Below, piece after piece: positions 13,201 through 26,411 of a stretch of DNA of 64,000 nucleotides (its first letter is position 1; each line of letters opens with the position of its first letter). A program made the position numbers and the translations under genes. The stretch comes from Zootoca vivipara (Eukaryota), in NCBI RefSeq assembly GCF_963506605.1, contig NC_083277.1, positions 82,398,001 to 82,462,000 of the forward strand, written 5' to 3'. The notes beneath the pieces are model-generated. The model was not told where the DNA came from. It searched no databases and was given only the letters and a program-made list of their open reading frames with translations.

Positions 13201-15879
13201 CTTTCTTTCTTTCTGGCAAAGCCAACAGGAACCAAACTAATGCGTAGGACTTTGTGGCTTCCTTTTACACTTGAATCAATACAGGAACCAAAGTAGCAGG
13301 AGAAGCACAGAACCTGCAAAAATAACCAACCAGCAGCAGACCCTGGTGACTGAGCCTTATTTGTTTATACATAGACAACCTGACCTGTGACCATGAGCTC
13401 ATACTGAGACATTATAGGGCCACTCAGAGGCTTCAATCTATTACATGTTCTTTGTCCGAGACTCCAAACACACCTGCATCCTCATTGTATTCTTAAGATC
13501 ATCCTTCTTCTGGACAGACTCATCCTCCAAGGACACACTATGGTGGCTAGGCATTGCCATCTTTAAATGCTTGGGAGGATGGCAGGATATACAAGAGCAG
13601 CCTTGTAAGTAAGTTTACAAAAGTTACTATTGGGCAATTATTATCATATATTATTCTATATATCCATGCTAGCCATGGAGGAAAAGAGCCCTCCTCTATG
13701 GCCAACATAAAAACTCAGGCTACTAACCTCTCAGCAGTCCAGGTTTTTTTTGTTTTTTTTTTAAAAAGTCGACAAGATCCTTCTCTCATTCATCACCTAA
13801 TGAGGTTCCTTGTTGGCCACACAGGAAGGGAAAATTCTGCCAGCCTGTTTGAAATTTCTTATTGCCTACAAAGTCTGTGTGAGATGTGTATATTCCATCA
13901 CAGGGAAGTCACAAACATCTCATAAAGTAAACAATCTAGTTTTTCTTCCCTGTCAAATTCCAATATTCCTCCTCCTCTCTCTCTCTCTCTTTGTTTGTTC
14001 ATCAGGGAACAAAGCCAACTTCCATGCTCCATGTTTTACCTCAAACTATTTTCTTACATTAGAAAAAAAAAACTACTACTCTTGCATAACCATATTATTC
14101 ATATGTTACAGCAGAATTCTTCTAAGTGTCTAGGCTAGGGCAAATGTACAAATGACCATCTTGGGTGTGCCCAAAATCTGCTACAGGGAACATTAACTGC
14201 TCAGCTTATTAATAAGGAACCTGCTCTTGTATTCTTTTCAACCTTCAGCAATTTCAGGACTACGGACTCTTTCAGCAAAATGACACACTACCCGGATCAT
14301 CTTAGATGGCATCTGCTTATATTTTTATCACTCATAAATTGCTCTTGTCCTCTTTTGAACTTACTTATACATTGGCTCTTCATCCTGTTTCTGTAGCAAA
14401 GCAGTATCACAAGGCACTGTACCGTGGGGGTAGGGCAGTTGTGTTAATTTAATAAGTGAAATCAGTTATAATAAGTGAAAGAACAAAACAGATTTTTCCA
14501 ATCTAGCTGTGATTTGCAGAAATGACTCATATTCTCACCTAGGTGTTGGTTATCTGTTCCAATGGCTCTCAGTAGGTTTACATTCTTCTCATGTGAAAGG
14601 CCTTCTATACTCTGCCCACCCCTGCATCTTTTCCAGTTCTACAATTTTAAGATGAAACAGCCAAAACTGAAAATCATATTCAATGCACAAATGCATCTGC
14701 AATTTATTTTGGTAACATGCATCATTATACGTATAACCATATTAACACATTAAGCTCTCTCTGCCAGCACTTGGCCCTACAGCCACTGAATAGGACAATG
14801 CCCCAAGCTCAGATAGGGTTGCCATCAGATATGCCTCCTTACAAAAGAACGTCACATCCCCAAAGATCACAATGGATGCCAGAGCCCGCTAATCTGGAGC
14901 ACTGCAATTTCACAGAACTAGGGATTTAAATTCAACACCAAACCAACTATTTATTGCTTTGATTATCAGAAAATTTTCAATGAACGTGAACAGAACACAC
15001 AAACCCCTTGAGAGTCATTACGGTTCAGGTAATAAGGTTCTACCTTTTAAAAAAAAAGCCCATCAACAACACTGCAATGATACATGCAGTTGCCACAACC
15101 AGAATTTACCATGTATATAGGAAACCAGTAACTGGGAGAGTTTTTATACATTTTGGATTTGTCCTCCATACTCTGCCCTCTGTCTGGAAAGCAGGAGGCA
15201 GGACAGAGACTGAAGCTTTACAGCTAAGTGGAGGAAATAGGCAGGGAGAGGAAGAAATGTATGTGCACTGCAAAATGCTTCCCCCATGGTTCAGCACTGC
15301 AGCAGTCTGTGTCCCTATTAAAGTGGTCAAAACCCAATCTTTCTAACCTTTGACCTATGGGTCAGGATGCAAATAGTTGTTGATTAAACAGTAAGATTCC
15401 TGACAAACAGGCTGCTTCTGTGATAATTTGGCTTAAAGGGACCCAGACAGTTAGTACATAGTCCAGCAGCCTCCCAGTGTCCTTATTCTCGATGAGACAA
15501 TAAAGAGGGAATCCAGAAACATAGGGCTGGATGGATGGATACTACCAAGAGAACAGAATTCTTAAAAGGAATCAATTCACTCCTATTACATCTCTTAGGA
15601 TAAATAATCCAGATCACCAAGTGTTTTGCCTGTGTATCCGCCCCACTAGGTTCCAACATCCTGCAGTTTTTCTATCCAGTACTGTATGTGTAACCATACA
15701 GAGTTAAGAACAGGATCCAATACTGCACTGCTGAATATCTCCACCTATGTAAATGACAAGCAAGTTTTCATACATGAACTGGAACTGAACCAGTTGGTTC
15801 AGGTCTGCTGAACCAGTTTACTCAATCTTCACCTGCTTGAACCCGAACACTTTCTGTTCTCGTGTTGCCACCCTCTAGA

Positions 15880-16793
15880 CTTGCAGAGGATGCATATGAA
15901 GAGGAGCCTCGGGTGATGATTGCAGGGTCTGGGTTGATTCATATGGGGAGAGTCAGTTCTTGAGGTGCTGGGGTCCTGAGCCCATTTAAGGGTATATAGA
16001 TCAAAACCAGCACTTTGAATTGGGCCCAGAAACTAATTGGCAGCAAGTGCTCAAGTCATTTTGCCCCAGTGAGCAACTTAGCTACTGAATTCTGCACCAG
16101 CTAAAGTTTCTGAACCATCTTCAGAGGCACCCCCACATATAACATGTTGCAGTAATCTAACCTAGAGGTTACCAGAGCATAGACAACACAAGTTAGGCTA
16201 TTCTTGCCCTGAGAGGGTTGCAGCTGGGCCACCAGCCAAAGCTGTTGGAAGGCATTCTGTGCCACAGAAGCTACCTAGCCTCAAGCAACACCAACGGATC
16301 CAGAAGTACCTCTAAGCTGCATACCCACTTCAAAGGGAGTGTAACCCCATCAATATCAGGCAACCTCCCATCCATCTGGCCTAGGGAACCACTCACTAAC
16401 AGTGCCTCTGTCTTATCTGGATTGAGCTTCAGTTATTGGCTCTCATCCAGTCCATTACAAGGCAAGACAACGGTCCAACACCTCCACTGCCACACCTGCA
16501 GATGTAAAGGAGATGTAGAGCTGCATGTCATCAGCATATTGCTCACAACATACTCCAAAACTCTGGATGACCCCACTCAGTGGTTTCATGTAGATGTTGA
16601 ACAGCATGGGGGATAAAATCAGACTCTGAGGAACCCCGCATTGAAGGCTTGACAGGGCCAAAAAGCACTCCCCATGTATCACCCTCTGGAAATTACTATC
16701 CAAGTAGGATTGGAACCACTGCAAAGCGGTGCTTACTTCCCCTAACTTGGACAGCTGCTCCAGAACGATACCATGCACAGCTTCTACTGACAT
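15880..16793 (-). mobile_element. Degraded L2/CR1-clade LINE reverse-transcriptase fragment
   Basis: GVPQSLILSPMLFNIYM...YADDMQLYISF, with stops and frameshifts downstream. Confidence 0.85.
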
Positions 16794-18399
16794 AGATGTT
16801 ATGGAGAAGTAGAGCTACAAGTCATTAGTATAGTGATGGCATGACTTCACAGGGTTTCTTGCTCAGGGAAGATAAGCTCAAATCTGCAAGTAGAACTATA
16901 CTGCTGTCAGACCTCACTGAATTAAGAGTGCCATCTCTTCTCAGTGTCCCCTTTCCTCATTGCTGAAGAGGGTGCAAGAAGGATGGTTCCTTAATTCATC
17001 TATGGCTGTCATGCCCCAGGGAGCAAATCTTTTGACAAGAATATATTTGGAATAATAGCTGATATTTTGTGCCATCTGATTATCCCAGACTCAGCATTAG
17101 CCCTCCTGTCCAACCCCTTAGAACAGAAGAGCTCAGTGCTACACATGGATCTTAAAATCTTTCTGCTGATAGTGGCATAAATGGAAGTTGCACAGCACTT
17201 GGCCTCTCAAATCAGATTTACAATTAAGGGGTATACAGTATATCAAAGTCACAGCAGACAGTTTTCTCTGAGAAATTGGCCCAACATTGCAACTCAGCAA
17301 GGGTCAGACTCACCAAGACCATATCACTGACACCTGTCTGCCATACATAATGTGAACAGGGTTTCTGAAAAATATTATCTACAACTCCCATGATCCCTAA
17401 CCACTGGCCCTGTTAGCTAGGGATCATGGGAGTTGTATTTCCAAAACATCTGGAGAGAGCCAAGGTTGCCTATGCCTGCAAACAACACTGCTAACTATAA
17501 TACACAGCTTCAAGTACCACCAGTAAGGTAATCTTTGGGGGAGAGTCTCCCTCCCATTAGTCAGACCTCAGTTGCGGCAAAATATTCTTATTAAAGCCTT
17601 AATCTATATAAGATGCTATTGCAATTTACAGCAGGATGGAACTTTTAGAGGCCCCTCTGAGCTCAGTTAATAATGTATACAATGCCATATACCTGTGGTC
17701 TTCCTCTCTTCAGAGGCAATTTTGCTGCAAAGTCGTCATGCACTATTTTTGAATAGCTCACCTGCTTATGAAAATTAACACTACAACTCTTCTCTGATGT
17801 GAAGTCACAAGTTGGCAAGACAACAATTGTGTCCTCTGGTAGAATAAACTTGGCACTTGGAAAGGCCAAATTGGAATCCAGAGAGAGAAAAGCAAAGACT
17901 TAAGAAAACAAATAACATATGGTGAGCTATTCAGTGGCAACTTGTTTACAATGTTCATTTATCAGGAACATACTGCACCACCTCCACAAGTATCTTTAAG
18001 AGAACAAAAACTATCCTGAAGTCAGAGCCACATTGTGACCTTCTCCTTCCCTTACCACGTGCATAAGGAATTAACCCAAGTAAAATACTCATAATCCCAC
18101 CCCTTTCAAAACAACCACTGAAAACTTTAATTCCCCACCCGCCACCCCAGGAAGTTGTAAACCAAGTCTATGTTTGGGAGTAAACTCCCATTAATCTTAG
18201 CGAGAGAGTAATACTGCAATCTCCGAGTGAATGTGCACACCAAAACAGTTGATAATCCCACCCCCCAATCCCCAGCCTGGTCTCTTCGAATCAGTATCGA
18301 TCGTAACTTTTGCTGCCCCACAAGTGAAAGTTTCTGAAGTTTCGTTTCTCGAACTTTTTTCCCCTGATACCCTCCCCCCCATTTTTAAACTCGGAAAGG

Positions 18400-19680
18400 T
18401 CCCATTGCAGGAAAAGGAACATTTTGCCCCCTCCCCACCTCCTCCCCCCGCTAGAAGAGGAAGAGGAAGAGGAAGGGAAGCACCCCTCGTCCTCTCCTCT
18501 GTCGCTTTCATTCCGCGCCCCTTCCCCCACCGTGGCCCAAAAGCATCCTCCGAAAGCCACCGAATTCCGGGTTTCCAAGCCAACCGCCCGGCCAGGCCTT
18601 CTTCGCCTGGCAACGCCAAGGGGCTCCCACTCGAAACTTCTCCCTCGAGGGTGGCCCCGCCGCTGCGCCCTTCCTCTAGGCGGCCGGGCTCGGGGGGAAG
18701 CGAGGCGAGGAGGAGCAGGACAAAGCCCCCGCAGGGAAAGTCGGGGGATTTCGGACAGGCCTGCGGAGAGGGGAAGCCCGCGCCCTCCCGGCAAGCCAGC
18801 CTGTGCGGAGGAGAAGGCGCAGGCCGGGGAGAGGCAGCGAGCGCCACCACGTTGCTTGTGAGGTCCGGGGAGGAGGGGGACGAAGGCGGGTGGGGGGTAA
18901 GGGGGACACCCCCCAAAAACACACACACTTTCCTAAGGGGTCGCCAACTGCAAGGAGGCCTAGCAGGGGAGCCCAGGGGCGCAGGTCCTCCTCTCCCTCC
19001 ACACCCCGAAGGCAGGCGCAAAGGTCCTCCCTTGGGGTCCGGTTTGGGGTGCAAGGGAGGGAGGGGGACGGAGGGGGAAAGAGAGAGACGGGGAGGGCTG
19101 CTAAAGGGGGCCTCTTCCACCCGGGGGGAAAAATCGGCACAGGCAACAGCTGCTATTTTAAGGATCCCCTTCCCCCCACCCCGCCGCCCCCCTTGGGTGA
19201 ACCCGGCAGGTTTGAGGGTTGCTTCGCGAGGGCGAGGAAAGTTTAAACACCCGGGATAATGGGGGGAGGGGTGCATGCATTGGAAGGAGGGTGGCGGGTG
19301 GGTGCCCCGACTTAAAAGAGTGGGGTGGGGGGCAACCCTGGAGTGGCGAGGTCTCATGGAAGGGAGGGGGCGACGTGGCTCTCACCTGCGCAAAGAGAAG
19401 GGGGGAGAGGAGATGTCGCTCAATGGAGGGGCTCTGCTCCCCTAGCCCTCCAAGCAGCACTAGCAGCAGCCATTCATTGTCAGCCTAGGCAGGCTCAGCA
19501 GAGAGCCGAGCTGGTGGATGGAAGAGCCTGCGAGCCGCTGTAGTGCTCTGCCCAGCCAAGCCAGGCCTCCGTCTCTGCGCTCCCACAGGCCTTGCTAGCT
19601 GAGCTCCGAGCCAGCTCCTGCTCCCTCCCTCCCTCCGCCGCACCCCCTCCCCCGCCCCTCCTCTCCCCTTTCCATTGGAA
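18400..19680 (-). promoter_or_regulatory. CpG island / probable NACC1 promoter and non-coding first exon (about 19386-19640)
   Basis: Abrupt GC/CpG-rich block with GC boxes (cccctccccgccc, 19622-19650); minus-strand donor CGCAG|gtgag at 19386/19385. Confidence 0.65.
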
Positions 19681-20619
19681 CTGGGAAATATTTGCTTCTG
19701 AACTTGCCAGCCAGCCTGACTTTGTTCTCAGAGAGTTGGAAGCGAGTCTCCCAGGAGCTGTTGGGAAGTAAATGTTCCAATCTGAGGATCCGCAATTAAA
19801 ATAAATAAAATTTAAGGAAAGGGTTTCAGGATGACGGGCGGAATGCTCCCCGATTTGTGCCTAGAGGCGCATAAATTTCACCAAGTTTGGTTCCTGTCTC
19901 CAAACTCCGCCGACAAATGAAAACAAAAGCTTTTCTCTTCCCGCACCGTTTGCCCGGAATTCATTCTCAAGTCAACTACATACAGCGTGAGTCACATATA
20001 GAAGTTTCCCAAAAACCTGAGTCAAGTCATTCACTTTATCCTGACTGAAACAAAATCAAGCCTTCAGAAATCCTCAAATCCAAAAGACTTGTCATTAAAC
20101 GGAGTTGAATAACGATAAAAGTTCAGGCTTGAGTCTTGTGAGAGGGAACAAAATGTTCAAGGCACCTAGCAACTCCCCAAAGTCAACACTGGGATGAACT
20201 CAGACAAGTGGCAGAAAAAATAAGGAGATGAAAATAATGTTATATTCCGTATGAACATCTTCCAATACAAAAGGAAAAAAAAATAACTTCAGCACCTTTT
20301 TCATGTTTTGAAGACATTCTCATAATTTTCTGGTACAGAACTGAGCATTTAAGATTGCCTATTCTGACTTTTCCTCCACCCTGAATTCCCAGGTGCACAA
20401 ACACTGTTGATCAAGCCAATCCTCTGTTCTCATGCTTAGCTGGAAAAAAAAGTATAAATATGTAACTTTTCTTGCTCACAAACATCATTTGTCTCCTTTC
20501 TGCCCCTTGTCTAAAAGTAGAATGCAAGGCTTGGGCAAGGACCTGTTTGCTAATGTTAAAGTGCTGTAAACACTGTCATATAGTTTCAAAAGTAAGCTAC
20601 TTTTCAGTGGATTAGGGCA

Positions 20620-21080
20620 GTTGCAGGTGCCCAGTTTGGGGGTACTTCTGGATCTATTGCTGTCACCTGAGGCTAAGACAGCATCTGTGGCGTGGAGTAC
20701 CTTCCATCAGCTTTGGCTGGTGGCCCAGCTGCACCGCTATCTGGAAAGAGTTAACCTAACTTCTGTTGTCTATGCTCTGGTCACCTCTAGATTAAATTAT
20801 TGCAACACGCCATACGTGGGAATACCTCTGAAGAAAGTTTGGAAACTTCAGCTGGTGCAGAAGTCAATGGTCAGGTAATGGGGCAAGATGGCTTTAACAT
20901 ATTACACCAATCCTGGCCCAACTGCACTGGCTGCCAGTTAGTTTCTGGTGCCAATTCAAAGTGTTGTTATTTGATCTATAAACCCTTAAGCAGCTCAGGA
21001 CTGCAACACCTGAAGAACTGACTCTCCCCATATGAACCAACCTGGAACTTGTGATCATCATCTGAGCCACTTCTGTTAGT
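20620..21080 (+). mobile_element. Degraded L2 LINE 3' fragment
   Basis: LGVLLD...YALVTSRLNYCN...KLQLVQ. Confidence 0.75.
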
Positions 21081-22230
21081 AAGAGCCATTGTGATTTTTT
21101 CACTAAACTTGCCAACTCATCACACAAAGGTGTCTGTCCTAATTCTGTGCTTTTAGTTGCAGCTTTATCTGTAGAAATGAACAGGTGCATTTTCACAATA
21201 TGCAGATGAGCATCAAAACCTGCTAATGCAGATCACACTGTTGCTGGGTGGAGGAACAGGAACCAGAAGAGAGTTGGCATTCTTAGAACACCCGGCGTTA
21301 CATGGTGACCTTAACTATGGAAGACTCAAATCCGAACTCCACTTTGGCTATAACATTCTCTGAGGGTATTTCCAGGCTGTCACTATTTAAAGGAGTGATT
21401 GAATCACATACCAGCAAATTCAGGTTGTGCAATATAAGTTGATTTGGAAGTTTTGCACAAGAAACCTGCTTCCCCCAAAGATCAGACATTTTGAGATGGG
21501 GAAGTGCACTGGACAGTGTGAGAAAATTCTTGATGCAACACCATCTAATCCACCCATCGGATCAAGGGGCAACATATTCTAGTATTTGGCCTCCATTTAT
21601 GATCAACCATCTACCAGGTTGAAAAATTGCTTATAAGTACAGTAGACAGGGTTGTCAGATGCTCATCTCGAGATGGTGGCTGTATCAACCAGGTTAAAGT
21701 CATCTAGTGAACTTCATTATTGAGTGGGGATTTGAACCTTGCTTGTACAATATGGGGTGCTAGGGTAGTACCTTTGGTGGGAGACATCATCCCTACCCTG
21801 CACTCAGCTCTCACCTGTGGCAACAGTGGCCGCACCCCAGGAACCACTTCAACTGGCTGGCTAAACCAGGTGAGTTAGTGACTTCTCTTGCATGCAAAGG
21901 CAGGCTCTGGCAGATCGAGGGGATGAGACCAATAGTGGGTCCAGCAGTCAATAAGGCGGTTTCTGTACATGCTGTAGAGGGAAGTCAGGGAGTAGATAGG
22001 GCTTATCTACCTAGGAGAAGGAAAACTGTGATCCTAAATCTCTGCTGCCTTGTGGGATATATTAAGGAGAAATAAAGTCTTAACAGCAAGCCCTACATAA
22101 ATCAGGAGTGGAGTCCCTAAGGCAGTTGGATGGCGCCTTGGATGCCTCCTTCTGGCAACTCCTAAAGACAAGCTGGTGCCAAACATATTGCTCTAATTTC
22201 CTTTGGACCACATAAGTGAGGACAAAATGG

Positions 22231-22319
22231 CATAGCTGCCAAGTTATCCCTTTTTTAAGGGAAATTCCATTATGCTGAATAGGCTTCCTCGTGAGAAAAG
22301 GGAAAACTTGGCAGCTATG
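22231..22319. mobile_element. Second copy of the ~90-bp hAT MITE, opposite orientation
   Basis: TIR CATAGCTGCCAAGTT; 8-bp TSD CAAAATGG. Confidence 0.85.
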
Positions 22320-24269
22320 CAAAATGGGGGTCTTGTCAGCTGGGCAGCCCATACACACTGGACCAGAACCTCCATACACACTGCCCAGGCTTGTGCCCTG
22401 GAGAGGTCACTTCAGTGTTACTAACACAGCGGTTTGACTTCACCCCCGGAGGCATATTGCATTGTCTCTCGAAACAGATAGATGCCAACAACTTAAAGTA
22501 CATTGCACAAAAATGGCTCAGTCTAAACTGTGAATGGGAAAAACAGTCCCTGCTTGATTTCTGCATTTAATCCACATTACTGCATCCCTGTGCCAGGAAA
22601 AGCCTTACCTGCTTATTTTTTCAATATGAGATTGCTGCTAAAGGAGCAAGAACAAAAAAGGTGGCAGCTAGGTGTAAACGAAGATAGGCTTGCATACTTT
22701 TAAATAATTGTGTAGAAGAGGCAAGTTCAGCATTGCAAGACACACCTGCCCAAATCTCTCCTCCTTTACTGCTATGAAAGCTGCAATCCTATGTGTGTTT
22801 ATTTGGGAGTAAGTTCTACTGAATGCAGTGGGATTTACTTTGGAGTAAACATACATAGGACCTGTTTGTAAAGGTATTGGTGTACTCCTTTGCATCTAAA
22901 GATTCTTATCTTCTTGTCTACCTGATTTGTATTTATAGATAAACTTGACAGGATATTGCAACATATGTATAATGTATTACTGTGTAATGCATGTAGGAGG
23001 TCTGTGCAAAGAAAAGAGCAATGTTGCTGGCCTTGTCCCTGATGTTATCTGGCTAGCTTAGCCTTGATGCCCATGCCACAGCGTGCAAACATATGAACAG
23101 AAACCCCTATATTTAAGGGATGGGATGTGGGGCTAGCCCTGCACTCTCTCACATGTGCTAGGAGGATAATCTGAACTGCCCTACTAAGGCCATGGATCAG
23201 GCCCACTGAGTCCTAACACTGATGCTGATTAGCTCTAGAAAATCTGAAGCGACCTAGCAAGACATCATATATATTGTAAGCCACCCTGAAAACATGTATA
23301 TTAATATTTATATTGTTTATAAATATTGTCAAATAAATAAAATTAACTGCTTCATAAAAGAGGGGGAATCCCTAAGTGACTTACCTAAAACAGTGTGAAA
23401 CATTTATGAAAAATACAGATAAAATCTGTGGATTTTAAGAGCAAGGATACGTAACAAAATTGTACGTCTGGGGAAGCTTGCTGTAACTAAGAAGTCTAAT
23501 CAGCATAGTGAGGATACCCAGCCTGGTGTTAATATTGTTTTCAATAAATTGAAGGGTACCATATATATTGTTATTTAAAAATATACAGAGAGATATGTAG
23601 ACACAGGTCAGCAAGTGTGCATAGCCATCCTCAACCTTGATGTACAATTTAGCTTCAGTCAAATAACCTCAAGGTTATTGGCTAGGTGTCTGCCTTCCCA
23701 CTCTGACCCCCAGTAAAGTGTATCCACCCCTTCCTTTAACTCTGAAGTTGAGGACTAGAAAGTGGATGCTTTTATTGAACTGATGTGGAAATCGCAATAT
23801 GTGAGCTTGGAAAATACAGTCCGACTCTGAATAATGAGATGTTTCCAAATCCTTGAAAAGCACGAAAGGGACCTACTAACTGTTACCACTCCACTTATCT
23901 TGGTGTATGTAGGAGTTCGCCACGTTGTTACCTTTGCCTCTTTCAGACGGAGTTAATGCATGTTCACGGAGAAGTTATGCCCCACCCCACTGAGTTCGAT
24001 ATGGTTTAAAAGTTGTATATTGCAAGATGGAAAAGGAGCTACTCTTCTTCCCCCCCCGCCCCCCGCCAACGAAGACTTCTAAGAAATACCGGCTAACGGC
24101 TTACATTCCTACTGATTCTCATTGCCATTTATTGCAATCGTTTCTGGGGAACGAAACTATAAACTGCAGGTGTTCCCGTGTAAGCCGTATATACATCTGG
24201 ATCACTGAAGAAGTCGTGTTCAAAGGGACGACACATGACCCCTCCCAAATGAGTTTAAAGAACTCCAGC

Positions 24270-24440
24270 TTTTCTAATTGCGTTTCGGAAGCTGGGCTAC
24301 GTCTCCTTTTTGACCCTATAGGCGTCCCATCTACCGCTAGTTTTATTGGTCGGAAGAGCGTCAGCTGATCTTCCCCCAGCAATTTTCAATATGGCGGCGT
24401 CGACATAACCTGTGCTGAGAAGCGTGGAAGTCGGTGCTGG
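24270..24440 (+). promoter_or_regulatory. Probable TRMT1 promoter / first non-coding exon
   Basis: Local CpG enrichment; reverse CCAAT (attgg 24345-24349); ETS-like cggaag (24351-24356); YY1-like aatATGGCGGC (24388-24398); possible donor ctg|gttagt near 24439. Confidence 0.55.
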
Positions 24441-25245
24441 TTAGTTGTGCTGCTTCTGGGAAGGAAATATTCTGGGTTGGAGGATGAGTTAAAGAGGTTG
24501 GTGATTGTTAGACTGGAGCAAGCTTCAGATTATATTATGGAACATGTTTTGTTTCCTTTCGCCCAGAGTGTGTGAATAAAGTATTTACTTTCTTATTCTC
24601 CACAATCAATGCTGTTTGTGTTATGCTGGCTTGGCTTTGTTTCCGATTCCTTAGACTAGGAGGAGAATTGTGGAAAAGCTGGATCTGAAGTGTTGTATAT
24701 TTTCATTCCTTTTTCCGGTGGTGCTGCAAGCTTCCCAGTTCTGATCAGACGCAGAAACCTACAGCCAGCATTGAGGAGTAAGAGCATAATTATGGTGGTG
24801 TGCAAACAGCCAATCGAGAATTCTCAGTTAAGTGTCATATAGTTTTGGAAAATATGATCAAGACCCACTACTTTAATGCTTACCTTTTTTGTGTTAAAGC
24901 CCAGCGAATTTCCTATAGTTTGGATAAAGTGTTTCCTGAAGGTGGTTATTTAATGAACAACTTGAATAACTAGCCTCCCTAACTCAGCTGCCCCTCCTGC
25001 ATGTTGGAAGATGCATTTGGCATCTCATCCATTTTTTCCTCATTTGATTGGTGAGCTGGTGGGCCTCCCAGTAGTCCTGCGCAAGTAAGGTACCAATTGT
25101 CCTTAGGCAGCCGAGACAGGACTGTGAGCCAGCACTGCTCTAGAAGCCACAGAATTAGCCTTATACCAGCAGTACATCACAGCATTTTAACTTAGGGGCA
25201 TAGGAAGCTGCCTTATATTGAGTCAGAGCCTTAGTTCATCTAGTA

Positions 25246-25381
25246 CAGGCATCCCCAAACTGCGGCCCTCCAGATGTTTTGGCCTACAACTCCCATGATC
25301 CCTAGCTAACAGGACCAGTGGTCGGGGAAGATGGGAATTGTAGTCCAAAACATCTGGAGGGCCGAAGTTTGGGGATGCCTG
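25246..25381. mobile_element. 136-bp hAT MITE
   Basis: TIR CAGGCATCCCCAAACT; 8-bp TSD ATCTAGTA. Confidence 0.87.
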
Positions 25382-26058
25382 ATCTAGTACATAGTTGTCT
25401 ATACTAACTGGCGGTGGCTCTCCAGGATTTCAGGCAGCGTCCTCACCCAGCAGTACCTGGAGATGCTGGGGATTGAATTTGGGACCTTTTGTATGCAAAA
25501 CATGTGCTTTACCACTGAGCTATGGCTGTCCACTTGCAGATTAGAGTATAAGTGAGAGGAAGAAGGAGAAGCCAAGCTTGGGAAGCAGTTTGCATGCTTT
25601 TTCCTGCTACCTCTGCATGTCTTATTTCCTCCTGCCGGCTGGATTGCCAGTGTAACTAGCTGGCTGGCTCAGAGAATTCACCAGGAGAGCATGGGGGCAG
25701 GTGGAGGTCAAATGGAGAGACCCATCCGTCCTTCACCAGCCCACTCACCTACATGGAATTCTCTGCATAGAATTCCTAAGTGCCTATTGTTATCAGGTAA
25801 GTTGTTAAATTCAAGGCTGATTTTTAAAATCTGATATTTCCTTATCCTTTTTTAAAAGCACTTAAAGGCAGGTGAGGGCTTTCCTTCCTTTTTAACTAAC
25901 CACCGCTTGCTACCCATATCTTTGGAAGCGGGCAGCTATCATAACATATGTAAGCTGTCAGTCATATACAGAACAGCAGTGATGTTGATTGGAAAATAAT
26001 GCAATAGAAATAGCTTTTCTTATACTTTCAGAAAATACTCAGGAAGAAGCCTGTACTA

Positions 26059-26411
26059 ATGAAAAGCAAGTGTCTCCTGTGGATTTGGACTCTGGGAGGC
26101 ACCTTACCTCCTTACAGAAGGGCAGGAACTCTACAGCTTCAAAAGGCCTGGAATATTTCACCTTTAATTGCTCTCCAAGTCAGAAATATTTTTGTGAAAG
26201 CCATGGATGGTGATCAGGCACAATGTATGGAAACAGCTGACTCAAATCTGGAGCAAAATGTGGCTCAGTCCCCTATAGTGAGCACAACTGGTGGCAGTGA
26301 GGCAGTAAAGAATGGAGGAACCCTGGTCACTGAAGGGAAGGGGAAAATATTTTTTCCAAGTGCCAATGAAGTGTTCTACAACCCTGTTCAGGAGTTTAAC
26401 AGAGACCTTAC
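26059..26411 (+). CDS. TRMT1: TRMT1 coding exon 1 (exon starts 26032)
   Basis: MKSKCLLW...MDGDQ...[27 protein letters not shown]; donor gtaagt at 26412. Confidence 0.9.

Noticed and set aside
18197-19543. Several long overlapping ORFs (up to 386 aa) on both strands
   Set aside because: Pro/Gly/Arg-rich, no recognisable domain and open in many frames at once, as expected from stop-codon depletion in a CpG island.
21800-22220. Possible RTE-type LINE 5' remnant or regulatory element between the two promoters
   Set aside because: Too degraded to assign without a repeat-library search.
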